Shown piece after piece: positions 13,568-27,099 of a stretch of DNA of 64,000 nucleotides. Each line of letters starts with the position of its first letter. The stretch's first letter is position 1. Source of the DNA: Octopus vulgaris (taxonomy: Eukaryota); the NCBI GenBank assembly GCA_951406725.2, contig OX597815.1, positions 40,548,001 to 40,612,000 of the forward strand, given 5' to 3'. Made by a program: the position numbers and the translations under genes. The notes beneath the pieces were generated by a model. The model did not search any database. It was given only the letters and a program-made list of their open reading frames with translations, and was not told where the DNA came from.

Positions 13568-13820
13568 TGAGGACCTTAGAGTGACTTATCAAATTAAATA
13601 CAATATATAGGTTGTGAACAAAAAAAAAGATTATGATTATGTATGATATGACTGTATTAGCAACACTCAAAAGCAAAGCTTTGTTATGAAATCATTGAGG
13701 ACCTTGGAGTGGCTTATCAAATTAAATACAATATATAGGTTGTAAACAAAAAAAAAAAAACTAAATCAGTATGATGTACTATTAACAACTTCCTAAAACA
13801 AAGTTTTGTTATTAAATCAT
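13568..13820. repeat. ~128-bp diverged tandem duplication
   Basis: TGAGGACCTT.GAGTG.CTTATCAAATTAAATACAATATATAGGTTGT begins at 13568 and again at 13696. Confidence 0.85.
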
Positions 13821-13959
13821 TTTAATTTTATATGCATTTGTAAAATTGTGCCTGAAAAATTTTAAATGGCTTCTAAAGTTGCTATAAGAGAAAAAAAATT
13901 TATCGATGAAATTCTGGATACGACCACTTGTCTTTCTCTTTCCACATATATACACACAA

Positions 13960-14525
13960 GCAGGCTCCAGTCTGGTTAGGCAGTGTTTCTACAGCTGGAT
14001 GCCCTTCCTAACACCAACCACTCCGCGAGTGTAGTGGGTGCTTTTTACGTGCCACCTGCACAGGTGCCAGAGGGGTCTGGCATCGGCCACGATCAGTTGG
14101 TGCTTTTTATGTGCCACCGGCACAGAACCCATTCGAGGCGGGGTTGGCATCGGTCACGTTCGGATGGTGCTTTTTATGTGCCACCGGCACAGAACCCATT
14201 CGAGGCGGGGTTGGCATCGGTCACGTTCGGATGGTGCTTTTTATGTGCCACCGGCACAGAAGCCAGTGGAGGCTGCACTGGCGACGGCCACGTTCGGATG
14301 GTGCTTTTTATGTGTCACCGGCACAGGTATCACAACTACTACTGTTTCCATTGATATTTGGTTCGATGTTCATGTACATGCACTTGACTCAACAGGTCTC
14401 CTCAAGCACAGCGAGATGTTCCGGGATCCCACGATCGGTTGGTGCTTTTTATGTGCCACCGGCACAGAAGCCAGTCAACGCGGTGCTGGCATCAGCCACG
14501 TTCGGATGTTGCTTTTATGGCACAA
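13960..14525 (-). repeat. Same retroposon family with an internal ~68-bp GC-rich tandem array
   Basis: The unit GGTGCTTTTTATGTGCCACCGGCACAG...CACGTTCGGAT repeats from about 14099; this explains the three overlapping ORFs here. Confidence 0.85.
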
Positions 14526-15184
14526 AACTGTCCGATGAACGGGAACGTGAAACTGAGTAACAGTTCTTGTGATATTTTTGCTGCTTTTTAATAAAGCATA
14601 TTACTCTATCTCTCGTATTTGAGTACTATTTTTTTCCACCTTGTTTTGCATTTATGTGCTTACTCTTGTGTGTATATATATATATACATACACACACACG
14701 CACATATTCCATTAGCTAAATTTAATGTCTATAAAGTCAGAGTTTTATACAAAAGTATTTTTAAAATTAAGAAACTATAAGAATAAAATGCCAGTCTTAC
14801 ATCAACAATTTGATTAATAGGGAGAGAGCATATTCTATCTATATTATCTGATGTGCCTAAGATTACATTATCTAATGTGTATCATATTTTAAAATAGCAG
14901 GGATAACAGCAAGTTGGACACATTGTAAAACATGGGTGAGTTCTATTTATAAGGCGCCATGCATGTCAATTTATTTGCAAATGTAATTTCATATATTCTA
15001 ACAACTGAGTAATTAAGAATTTAGCTCTCTAAATTAGGGCCATTATCAGCCAATTACCAGACTGTTTCAAGTCAAGATATATATATATATATATATATGT
15101 AGGTCCCGGGTTGATTCGGGGTTAACCACAGTAAATAAGGTACTCAATACATAGCAGAGTAAAATTAATTTATTATATAGAAGG

Positions 15185-15235
15185 AGCTTCTACAGGACTA
15201 GAACTGTTTCATTCAAGAGAAATCTTCAGGAAGCT
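15185..15235 (-). ncRNA. Type I hammerhead ribozyme motif (family A), mirror copy, sense to the CLEC16A pre-mRNA
   Basis: Exact reverse complement of 15232-15282 within the perfect palindrome 15168-15299. Confidence 0.8.
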
Positions 15236-15282
15236 TCCTGAAGATTTCTCTTGAATGAAACAGTTCTAGTCCTGTAGAAGCT
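15232..15282 (+). ncRNA. Type I hammerhead ribozyme motif (family A)
   Basis: Stem I AGCTTC/GAAGCT; core CTGAAGA (15238-15244); stem II tTTC-TCTT-GAAt; GAAA (15257-15260); stem III CAG/CTG around loop TTCTAGTC; cleavage triplet GUA, cut after 15276. Confidence 0.8.
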
Positions 15283-15297
15283 CCTTCTATATAATAA

Positions 15298-15331
<34 letters not shown>

Positions 15332-15590
15332 TCATCACCATTTAATGTCCTTTTTCCAAGTTGGCATGGGTTAGATGGTTTGACAGGAGCTGGCCAGCTG
15401 AAGAGTTGTCCAGGCTCCATGTCTGTTTTGGTATGGTTTCTATGGTTGGATGCCCTACCTAATGCCAAGATGCCTGGATTATGGCCAGGCTCATGCACTG
15501 CCTTCAAGGATATAGTAGAACAAATTGCCTCTAGCACTTATTTTACCAGTCTCTTTTTCCAAAACCACTAAGTTATGGGGACAAACACAA

Positions 15591-15627
<37 letters not shown>

Positions 15628-16339
15628 TGAAGAAATAAGATTTTTTTCCCCAAAATTCTGAGAATCTTTTTTCTCAATATTCAATTTCTGTACACCACAC
15701 CTAACACACACACAAGCTTCTTTCGCTCTTTGTCAAGCAAATCCACTCACAAGGCTTTGGTTGAACTGGAGTTGTAATAGAAGACACTTGCCCAAGGTGT
15801 CACACAGTGGGACTGTGTGCTTGGAAAAAGCTTCTTACCACACAGCCATGCCTACACACAGAGCCATAATAATAAAAACAGCTAGATAGAAAAAAGCAAT
15901 GAAAACAAAACGAAAAATACAACCAAATATAAAGACACAAATTTGACTACTGTTGAAAATTCATTGTTATACCTTATTAGGATTCAGTATTTTGGTTGGT
16001 TTTTTAATCTTTCTTTCCAGCTATTTTACATGCTATCATCATCGTTTAGTGTCTGCTTTCCATACTGGTATGGTTAGACAGTTTGACTGGAACTGGTAAG
16101 CCGGAGAGCTGTACCAGGTTCCAGTCTGATTTTGACTTGTTTTCTACAGCTGGATGCACTCCCTAACACCAGCCACTCCAAGAGTGTAGTGGGTGCCTTG
16201 TATGTGTCACTGGCATATATGCCAGTTATGTGCCACTGGCACAGGTTCCAGTTACGTATCACAAGCATGGGTTCTTTATGTGTCATTGGCATGGGTGCTT
16301 TTACATGTCATCAGCCACAACTATGATTTCACTTGGCTT

Positions 16340-16800
16340 GATAACTCTTCTCAAGCACATTAAATCACCAATGGTCACAAACATTTATCACCTCTGTGAG
16401 ACCTATCATTTGAAGATTATACTTCACCACCTCGTTCAATGTCTTCTTGGGTCTATTTCTTCCACAGGTTGCCTCCAATGTTAGAGATCAACACTTTTCG
16501 CAGCTGTCTTCGTTCACACACAGCCATGCTACATGGCAGTGAAACATGGACTGTGACTATACTAGTGCAGTTGCCTCTCTTGCACACCATATCTGATGTC
16601 TTTTATGTCCAATTTTTCTCTCAAGATGCTTACATTGTTGTACATGCACACTAATGTTGCACATCCAGCAAAGCATACTCATACTGTGATCATTTCCTTC
16701 AAGCCTTCACGTCCTCTGCAGTCACAGCCCCTGTTTCACTGCCATGTAGCATGGCTGTTCGCATACAGGTATCATACAATCTGCCTTGGAAAGGGTTTTC
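16340..16800 (-). mobile_element. Decayed RTE LINE fragment
   Basis: QGRLYDTCMRTAMLHGSETGAVTAEDV, an RTE ORF2 thumb motif. Confidence 0.75.
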
Positions 16801-18850
16801 AAAATTTTGGACATTTGCATAGTTATTGAGTTTGATTGTTTTTCTTTTGAAGCAGATATTATTCCTAACTGAGATTAACATCAAGTGTGGAACCTGAAGT
16901 TCAATGGTGTGACAGAGGCAAGCCCAACAGGCATACAAAATGAAACTAAAGTTAGAATCGATAATGATTTGAACATTAGTTCTAGCATCTGTCTCTATAT
17001 TCCATTTGACTATCATTATCTACTTGGATCCATCATGCCAGTTAAAATCAGATCGTCTCTGGGTATAAATTAGTGCAACTGTTCATTTAATGTGTAGAGT
17101 CTTTAAAACTGATTTGGGTGATGCCAAATGAGTAGTTGCACGAGTATGAAATTTTGTTTTACCTTTTACTATAGCATTGGGTCAACCAAAGTATTATGAG
17201 TGAAAGTAGCCAGATAAAAAAAAATATGTATAAGCCCAACATACTGTACATATTCTTAAGTGGTAGACTTAATCCATTACATGATTCAACTTTTAGCATT
17301 TAGATTATTTGTCGAATGTAATACTTTTTCATTTACATTATTTTTAATTAATCATGCATTATCTCATAGCTTTGAAATTCTAATAATATGATTGTATATT
17401 TTTAGAATGACATTGGAGAGCAGGTGTGATAGGCCGGATCTGGCTGATTAGAACATAAGACAGATAGCATATTGAGGGCCAGATATGTCCAGTTTAAATG
17501 CTAAAGGGTCAAACACTACCAATTGGCACTTAACTTAAGCAGCATCTACTCTACTGCAAGTGTGCAAAACAGATCTACAGTCTGAGATTAATTTTTCCTT
17601 TTCCTTCCCCAGCAGTTTCTTGCCCTGCAAAAGGTCGTGAGTGCTACCTTCCTTTCTCTGACATTTCTATAAGGGTAACCTTCCAAGAGATCAGAAAACT
17701 GGTGTATGGATATCTATAAACAAATAGGTATAAAGTATATTATATTACTTAAAATAAGTAATCTCATCAAACCAAGTTAGTTTTAAATGGTACTAAAATT
17801 ATCTTTTTAGCATAAACTTCAAAATATTAATTCCATTAACTTATTATTGATTATTTTTTTAAAATCAATATTTGATATCAGGGCAGCAAGCTGGCAGAAT
17901 CGTTAGCACACCAGGCGAAATTCTTAACAGTATTTCGTCTGCTGTTATGTTCTGAGTTCAAATTCCACCAATGTTGACTTTGCCTGTCATCCTTTCAGGT
18001 TCAATTAAATAAGTACCAGTTATGCCCTGGGGTCGATGTAATCGACAATTCTTTTGTCTGTCCTTGTTTGTCCTCTCTGTTTAGCATCTTGTGGGCAATA
18101 AAGAAATAAATATTTATTGATATCTGTGTGTGTGTGTGTGCACGCATGCAGAGCCACACACACACACAAATTTAGAGCTATGCACATCATTTTGTGCAAG
18201 ACAAACATGAAATAATTAAGTTGTATTTGTATGACAAATTATTCAATCTGAGATTGTTAGTTGGGACTAAAACAACTTCATCTGGTTTCATGTCATTGTA
18301 GCTATGTAAGATAGTAAAGAATAAAGTAAAAGTGAATAAAACTATTTCTAATAGCAACAAACAAATGATTAAGTGGTATGTAAACCAAAAGATAACTATA
18401 AATTAAATGTAAAATAATTTAAAAGATTAATGATAAAACAGCCCAACTCTACTGATCAACAGGAACATTTTTAACATTCTCAACTGAGTTTACCAAATGA
18501 TTATATGTTATATATATATATTAAAATATATGTGTACTGCAAGAAATGCGCTATGATGATGATAATGCTGAGATGTGTCTTAAAAAGAGGGTGTAAACAA
18601 GTACATAACTAAATGTACGATTTAATATCTGTAGATCAGGATATAACACTTCATAGAGAAAAGGAATGATACACACACACACACACACACACAGATATCA
18701 GGAAAAAGTGAACCATGAAGAATTTGTACCAGTTTTTGCAGAGTTCAGAGTTTTTTTAAACATTTTTTTGCAATTGTCTGATAATACAGACAGACTTGCC
18801 CAAATACATCAATAAATTAACATTGATATTTTTTTCACCGTTGTTACAGT

Positions 18851-19191
18851 CAAAGCGTGATATTCTGCCAATTTTGCTACTCAACTTCAAAAAAGGATGT
18901 AAAGCAGCTGAAACTGCTCGCAATATCATCACAACATTTGGTGAGGAAATGACTAGTGAGTGGTTAACTCGAAAATGGTTTAAATGATTTCACAGTGGAG
19001 ACCTGAGCCTTGAAGATCGTGAGCATAATGGATGCCCGTCTGTCATCAATGACAGTCAACTAAAGACCGTCACTGAGAAAAGTCCACATAAAACCACTCG
19101 AGAACTGGCAAAAGAAATTCATGTTAGCCACAAAACTGCCTGCAACTATTTGCATGTGATTGGAAATTCAAAAAAGCTTGACAAATGGGTA
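18851..19191 (+). mobile_element. Mariner transposase N-terminal remnant
   Basis: FKKGCKAAETARNIITTFGEE...RKWFK*FHSGDLSLED...TTRELAKE...KKLDKWV: mariner HTH and linker with a stop. Confidence 0.85.
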
Positions 19192-19560
19192 GTGTGGAAA
19201 TTAAGGCTGACACGGTTGACTTTACAAGTCTAAACAATCAATGCTCTGAATGTTTTCTGTCAAGGGTTTCTAAGAACAATCATGTGACTATTCTTTATCA
19301 CTCAAATCCTATTCAAAACATATACTAATTTGAGCCATGAACTCCCTATAAAAACAGGGTAAACTTCAAACACTAGCCAGAAGCAAGACAGCTGCAATGT
19401 AAACCATGTCTTTCTATTTGAACCTTTTTTAAAAAATCAGTGTTAACTGTGAAACCAGTTAAAGCTTCAAATATTTTAATAAAAATTATTTTAACTATTC
19501 TCAGTGCACTTACAACTTCTATTTTTCTTATATTTCTACCAGTGTGGAATAAAATATCTT

Positions 19561-19605
<45 letters not shown>

Positions 19606-19635
19606 TATATTAGGCATATACATACAAATATTTAT

Positions 19636-19940
19636 GGAGAAGTTCTTAAGCAGATCAGCCAGAAAATGTCACTTGAAGCTAGGATCACCAAGCATAGATT
19701 GGCATATTTCGGTCATATTATGCAGAGAAAATCCCTGGAGAAGGACATCATGCTTGGAATGGTCAGTGGCAAGAGAGGAAGAGGCCGACCAAGAACCTGC
19801 TGGCTTGACACCATCAAGAGTGATACCGGAATGGACAAAGCCAATTTGAAAGAAGCGGCCCAGGATAGAACTGACTGGAGGACACTGATCCAACGAGTAA
19901 CCGAGAGTCAACTCCGACTGAGCGGATAGATAGATATTAT
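19636..19940 (+). mobile_element. 3' end of an RTE-clade LINE (5'-truncated)
   Basis: RLAYFGHIMQRKSLEKDIMLGMVSGKRGRGRPRTCWLD...WRTLIQRVTESQLRLSG* followed by a short (ATAG) tail. Confidence 0.88.
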
Positions 19941-22900
19941 ATATATACATACAAATATTTATACATTCTTATACACAAATATACATATCTATTTATACAT
20001 TACTTTTTCCAATAACTTGATTGTGCTACATTGATAAATCAATTTATGTAGAAGAAAAATATAGGTGATGACATAAATAACAGCCTAGCAATGGTTAATA
20101 AAAAAACAAAATAGAAACCCACCAACTATAGCATGAAAATCCAACAGATCACTCTTTTAATCTTTAATATGACACCTTAAAGGAAAGTAAAACAGTCCAA
20201 TAAAACGGAACATTGCATTATTTTTACAATGTCGATTTATAGCTGATGAGAGAAATTAATCATAATATGAAAGCTGTACCATTGTACCCTCCTAAATGTC
20301 CTCCCTTGTGACAGTTTCGTGCAGGTCTTCAAAACTGCTATAGATTGCTTAGCATCACAAAAACTGATGATTTTACATCCATAATATAGCAAAAATTATG
20401 TTCTAAATACTGACTTACTCTCCAGAGTCAGAAAATATTTCAATCCCAAAACAGCTGGTGACTCTTAAAATTCAAATGAAATCTACAATGGAATGTTGTT
20501 CTCAACCTCTATTTCTATACACACACACAGATCTTCAACTGCATTCAATGTAAAGCTATTTAGCTTAATGACAAAGACTTATTCACCAACACATTTCAAC
20601 ATCAAGCCCACAGATATCTTCCTACTATTTGTAACAACTTTAATAATCTCTGCTCTTCAGAGGTATCTCACTGCCTCCACATAAGCCCACCCATCTGTCT
20701 ATTGTGCATCACTTGTATTGTGGTTTACTATTCAAGCCCCACACTAACCCCTATTGCCAATCCTTTCTTATTAAAACATCAATCCTCTAGAATTCCTTTC
20801 CTATCCATATTTTTCCTGCAGACATCAACTTTCAACATCTCAAATTGATCATTTGCATAAATCTGAACAGCCTTAGAAGACTTACAAAGGATGTGTACAT
20901 AACCTCTCTTTCTCTCATTTTTTTTTAATTATATGAGAAAATGATATAGCCTTCTATTTATGTCATATTGTCTGACATACAGCATGCTTGACATTAACCA
21001 TCGCTAGAGTGACTTGCTTAAAATCCAAATATTTGGGGGCCGATTCATTTTTAAGCTACAGGGAAAACCACAAGGAATCATCTACTCTGAGTTATGACTT
21101 TTTAGATTCAATCTCACAAACATGTTTTACTCTTTTTATATCTATATAGTTTAACAGCTTTGAAACAATTTTGTATTTAGTTGCAGCAAAACTGAGCAAC
21201 AAAAATATTAAATGAAAGCAAATTGAGTTAGAGTGAATTTGTAAAAGAGAATACAGAGATAATAGGAAATGCATAGTTAATATGAAGAGAATAAGTTCAA
21301 GCATATTTAAAGCATAATTAAATTTAAAAATCAAGAATAAGCATAAAACCAAAGATGTACTGATGAAATGGCATAAAGTAATTGTGGAGTTTATTAAGCC
21401 ATACAAATATAAGACATTTAACCATTTCAATACCAACCCACCTGAGTGCCTCTGGTTACATATGAAATAGTGTTCCTATTTAAATCAAAACAGTCCATCA
21501 TAATTTTACGCAAGAAAACATATATTCCAAACCTCAGCTTCTTAATGAAAGAGCTATTTTACTACATGCTCCCAAATTCTTATCTACTTACTTAGGCCCT
21601 TTGCTTCCAATTGAGCATAGGCCATTGATGAATTTTCTCCACTGATCTTCACTCTAGGTTGTCTACAAAACAATCCTCATTTTATTTGTTATAAATGTTC
21701 AAATGTCAGTATTTCAGACAATTGCAAGACTATTCCAATTTTAAATCCTGAAAACTGATGCCTTCCCTATTAAGCAGTCATCATAAAAGATAAAATTTTC
21801 TGCAACAAATAATGGCAAAATAAAATATTTAAGATACTAATCTAGAAAATACTTTATTTCTACACTATACATTATCATCATTTAACATCTGTTTTTCATG
21901 GGTTGGGTGGTTTAACAGGAGCTGACCAACTGAAGGGCTGTTTGGGCTCCGTCTGTTTTGGCATGGTTTCTATGGTTAGATTCCCTTCCTTATGCCAACC
22001 ACTTTACGGAGTGTACTGGGTGCTTTTATGCAGCACCAGTATGGGTGCTTTTTATGTTGCACCAGCACCTACAAGTCTGCAAGATTAGGGATGCCGAGCT
22101 ATAGAGGATTGCAGGAGTTGAGCCTGTATACAAGGACAATCACTTAGCATGATGGATCTTTTCAAACACAGCAAACTGCCAGCGGGGACACAATTTTTCA
22201 AATAGTTAAATTCTGTTTAACTTAGTTGCTTAAATTTTTATCAAGAGATGATTAAATCAGTTGAACTTTGAAAATTAGAAATAATATAACTCATTCTAGA
22301 ATGTACTGACTTTGTTTATAGTTTTATATAATACGAAATGTATATCCAGTAAAAGTTAACAGTATATATATATATATATATATATATATCATCAACAACT
22401 AGGCATTGACATATTAAGAAACTGTCAACAGAAACAATAAAGAAAAAAATTATATCTGCTCAACTGTTTTAAAAATGGTGTGTGTGTGTATGTATTCACT
22501 CTTGTTTTATGACTATCTTTCCATGCAAGCACGAGTTACATGAACATGCTGCAGAGGCATTGTTTTACAACTGGATACCCTTCCTGTCACTAACCCATAG
22601 CTATTTTTCAAGTAAGCGATGTTTTACCTTACATGTCTTTGGTGGGACAAAGCTAGCAGATAACTTGTTGAGAAGAGAAATTATACAATCACCACTTGTA
22701 GCTTGTGATATTCAGAGACATGCAAATAGAAACACACACACACATTCTTTCAGTTTCTGTTTACCACATTCACTCTCAAGGTATAGTAAAAGATACATGC
22801 CCAAGATGCTGTGCTATAGGTTTGAATCTGAAACCTAGTGTTTGGTAAGCAAACTCCTTAAGAACAGCTATGTCTGTATCTACCTGTGTGTGTGTGTGTA

Positions 22901-25900
22901 TGCATGTATATATGTGTGTGTGTGTGTGTGTGCGCATGTATATGTGTATGCACATGCTTACATTTAAGGTACAAATAATACTAATTGGAAAGATCAAGTT
23001 AATATACAAAAAAAAACTTTCTATAAAGAAAATGAAAACCTATGAATTATACAAGTGATACATAAAAAAATTATCAACATGCAAATATTTGAAAATGTTG
23101 GTAATTGGCATTTAATAATAAAAGTGATGGTTATAATGTAGGACATCTAGCAAAAAGTTAGAGGAAGTTAGAGTTGTTATGACTACTCAAACAATTATTA
23201 TTATTATAGGGTAGCAAACATGCAAATAGATGGGAAAAAAAAGGTTTAAAGAAATGATAGTGATAACATTAAGATTTTTCCAATTCTTAAACATTATAGA
23301 GTTTAACATAGACTGTAGCAGAAATCTATGACAAGAAACAATTGAATGAAATAGCGTTAAAATACTTAACTGAGAATTATCATGGGCTTTGTTGAATTAA
23401 GATAAAGTTTATGTTTCTGTAAAACTAATGGCTTTTTTCTCTCTTTTTTTTTTTTGTTGACAAATATCTATAAGTTTCAAATATCCCAAAATAAACAGTT
23501 TTCATACATTTCAGAATTCAATGAAAAAGCACAAACTAAAAGTCTACTTAAATAGCATGAGCAGAAAAAAGAAATGAAATTTAAAAAATAATAAAAAGCT
23601 GGATTGTATGCAGCTTACAATAAAATGTTTTGTGAGTTCCATAATGCATCAAGTCATATGATTAATTTTTGCAGAACTATCTTCATAAGGTATATTTATA
23701 TTGCTATAGTAAGTTATCTAGTGAACCCATTTCACTTCAAGCTATACTTTATGAAAGGACGTATCTTCATTTTTGTAAGCTAACACTAAAAACATGCTGT
23801 TAACAGCTTAACTTGTACCAAACTATGGCATCTATTTGAAAGAGTTTCAAGAATCAGACATTGACAATACAGCACTGCTTGTGGGACATGAATTGTTGAC
23901 CTCAAGACTAATGCTACATTGAAATGAGATACCATATTGTTTAAGGTTACTTTTGTTTAATTTTCTGTATGAATTCTTTTCTACTTCAAACAATTTTAAT
24001 GCCAGACATTATTTGCTGCTTTGATATTTTACTGAAAGCAGTTAAGGCTATTCAGTTATGCTTTGTAAATCACACCTGAACAAAGTTTAACACAATATTA
24101 CCTTAATTTATCTTGAATGAACATTGGACAAACTGGTGTTTCCAGCATCAACAGAGCCTGACAAGATATGTTTTCTTCCTATCTTTTTCATTCATTTTTC
24201 AATGCCTGCATAAATTGCTGCAGCAGGCTTTACAGCTAGATGTCAGTCAGATAGAGACTGAGGCAATATAACAGTGTTTGAATTATTGATGTGGATTTTT
24301 AATCAAACACTGATTATATGTTTAACATCTGATCAGTGTGCCATTTAATACATGTGTATAATTAAGTATTTAATTGAATAGATGTCAATAGTTCTGGAAT
24401 CAAATCTATTTCAAAACAAAATCATTAATAACTCTTAAAGCAAATTTCATCCTCATCAAAAGTAGAAGTTGTTCTAATGTGTCTAAAGTGATATTTTGAA
24501 AGAATCTTTTGTAAATTTACAAAAATCAAATCACTAAAACTTTAAAAGAATAATACATTACTGTAAGCTCACAACAGTAATAAATATCCAAGCTAAATCT
24601 ACAGTGAGTAAAAATATTTATTAAATGCAGAGGAAAAAATCCAATAAAATAAAACAAACAATTCTCTATAATTAAAATAAAATAAAGCCCAAGCCATAAT
24701 TAGCAGCAGGCTGAAGAAAAACAACAACAACTACACATCTATGGATTATTAAAAAAGATTTTATAAAAAGATTTTAAAAAAGCAAAACATTTTAGAAGCC
24801 TTTAAAATTAAGGGGGAAAAAGATTAAAACATCTTGAATGAGGAGAATCCATCGAAAGAAATGTCTATAAAGCTTTTGATTAGAGAAACTAAGCGAATAG
24901 CCTTTCTCAGAAGATATTAGAAAACCAGATTGAAATAAGTATTTAAGAACAATAAGAATTGATAGTTAAACATATTAGTTAGATGATTTAAGGTCTATGA
25001 GATTAGTAGAATGGCAGTAACTGATTATCCTCATTTGCAGAAGTAATCATTTAATCTCCCTTGCCACATGTAGTGGAACATCTCAATACTATTCTATATT
25101 GAGAAACTGAAGCTGCACTCCTCTATCTTTTTAGTTAAACAATACTTTTATCAATATCCATCAAATGATTTTAATCTTAGTCAATATTTACTTTTTGTTT
25201 TTACATTCAAAATTATTATTTTCAAAAATTACATTTCCATTACCATCTTCATTAATATTATTACTTACAATGCACTTAACTAAAATCGTGCATAATTGCA
25301 TTTTTCCTATATTTCTCTTTCTTTTTTTTATTCTTTTTTGCAGAATTTAAGAATTTAAGTAAATTTCATTTGGACATGAAGTGATGACAATGAAAATGCA
25401 TCTTTCTTCTAAAGTAGACTAAATCTTTAAAAGAAAATCACACATGCATGTATATATAACTAAATCAAAGATATTCACTTGATCATGACCAATTCATGAA
25501 TTAATTAATAACAGATGATTTAGAAATCTAGGAAGAAGTTAAAGAGAGAAGTTGCAGCTCAGTTTGAAAGAATTAATTGAAGAGAAGAATTTTATCTGTT
25601 AAAAAGCAAATATATCCTAGTATAGTTTCCAGGATAAGGGCTAAGAAGAGGAAATTATTTATTATAGGTTGTGATAATGAAGTGCAAATCACAGACGATG
25701 AGGTCAGGAGGAAAAGGGCCTTACTTTATACCCTTCATGTTGCTGCAATGACGTCAAAGATACTCCCCAAATTTTTCTGTCATTGTATCTCTGCTCATTC
25801 TATAAGGAAAACAGAAAAAACTGAAGTTTGGAAAAGCATTATTTTTCAATTCAGGTGATTAAAATTAGAAAATAAATAAATGAAATATAACCAATATTTT

Positions 25901-27099
25901 CGTGAATTGAAATTTTTTAAAGTTTATAAGTCTGCCTCTTCATAGACATATTGTTTAAGTGAATAAGAGCTTTGAAAAAATATACCATTATTATACCATA
26001 AATGATGAAAATTAAAATAAAACAATCATCTTAAAATCAAGAGAAATATTGACAGGCTGAGCTATCATTCAGAAACAAGGAGTCAATTTATCCACACTAT
26101 AGCTGAGCAAGATATAGCCACTTAAATGAGTAGTTAAATAAGGTGGTGGTGGTAGTGGCAACAGCTATCGCAACCCCATTAAAACCACAAAACTGTTCAC
26201 TGAAGACTTCACTGTCATGTAGTCTATCCAGCACAAGTTAAGCTCGATAGAATCTATCCCTCATCAAGCTATATGAATAGAAATTATAATTGGTACTTCA
26301 AGCTCCAACAAAACATTTGTCAAATTATACAATGCTCCTATAAGTATCTAATTAAAAATTAAGTTATTTCTCAATGGCCCAATACACCTAACTATAACAG
26401 ACAGTACTCTGTAGAACCTATTTACAAACTAGGTGGATTGAGCCACTGAGAAGGAGATATTTTTGTTAGAGTTATTGTATTCTGCTAGGATAAAAACCAC
26501 TGAAATGAAACTAGTATCAAAATGTATTCTGCCAACAACCAAATTTGTACTGTTGTTATTTAAAATAGTTCAGTTTAATTAGCTTCTTTGATTCAGTTAT
26601 TTATACTAAAAAATAATTATATTTGAAAACTAGCTTTTAAAATACTAAAATAAACTAAACTGAGGTTGTATAAGATTACAAGAAACTCAGTATAAACACT
26701 GAGTTCAGTTATAAAAAATTTTGTTTTGTTTAGAAAAAAAGCAGAGTAAAATTAGAGAAAAGGATATAATCATAAATAATGAGTGCTAAAAATATAGGTA
26801 TGTAAATAAATATTTCATTTGACTAGGAACAAGGTCAACTTTTGAAAGGGTGGATGTACAAATAATTGAATCAAAGTTAGAATTTATTTTATCAATTCAA
26901 AAAATTGAACTCTGAACTCTAAAGTAGCATCTGGTCTGATATTCTAATTTCATACAACAATAGTATTTCTTACATTGACAAAAGCTGATAAAATTGTGGG
27001 GTTAGGCTTTAGTCGATTAAATTAACTCTAGGATTCTACTGGTACAGAACCTAGAATGATGAAAGCAAATTTTTTTTAAATATTGTTGACGAAATGCAT

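Larger units (their letters stand above)
15099..15299. mobile_element. Fold-back insert in (TA)n, probable Penelope-like element pLTR remnant
   Basis: Flanked by (TA)n on both sides. 66-bp perfect arms with no spacer, a roughly 70-bp unpaired left extension, and hammerhead motifs. Confidence 0.7.

Noticed and set aside
14099-14330. Repeat-spacer look resembling a CRISPR array
   Set aside because: The 'spacers' are identical or related to each other, there are no cas genes, and the context is a eukaryotic intron.
13983-14560. Three overlapping ORFs of 123-166 aa
   Set aside because: They result from a 68-bp GC-rich tandem array inside a retroposon; the same peptides recur in all three frames.
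19504-19929. 141-aa ORF as a host gene
   Set aside because: The N-terminus is (TA)n and the rest is an RTE LINE C-terminus.
20243-20285. CTGATGA...GAAA hammerhead-like spacing
   Set aside because: No stem II or stem I pairing.
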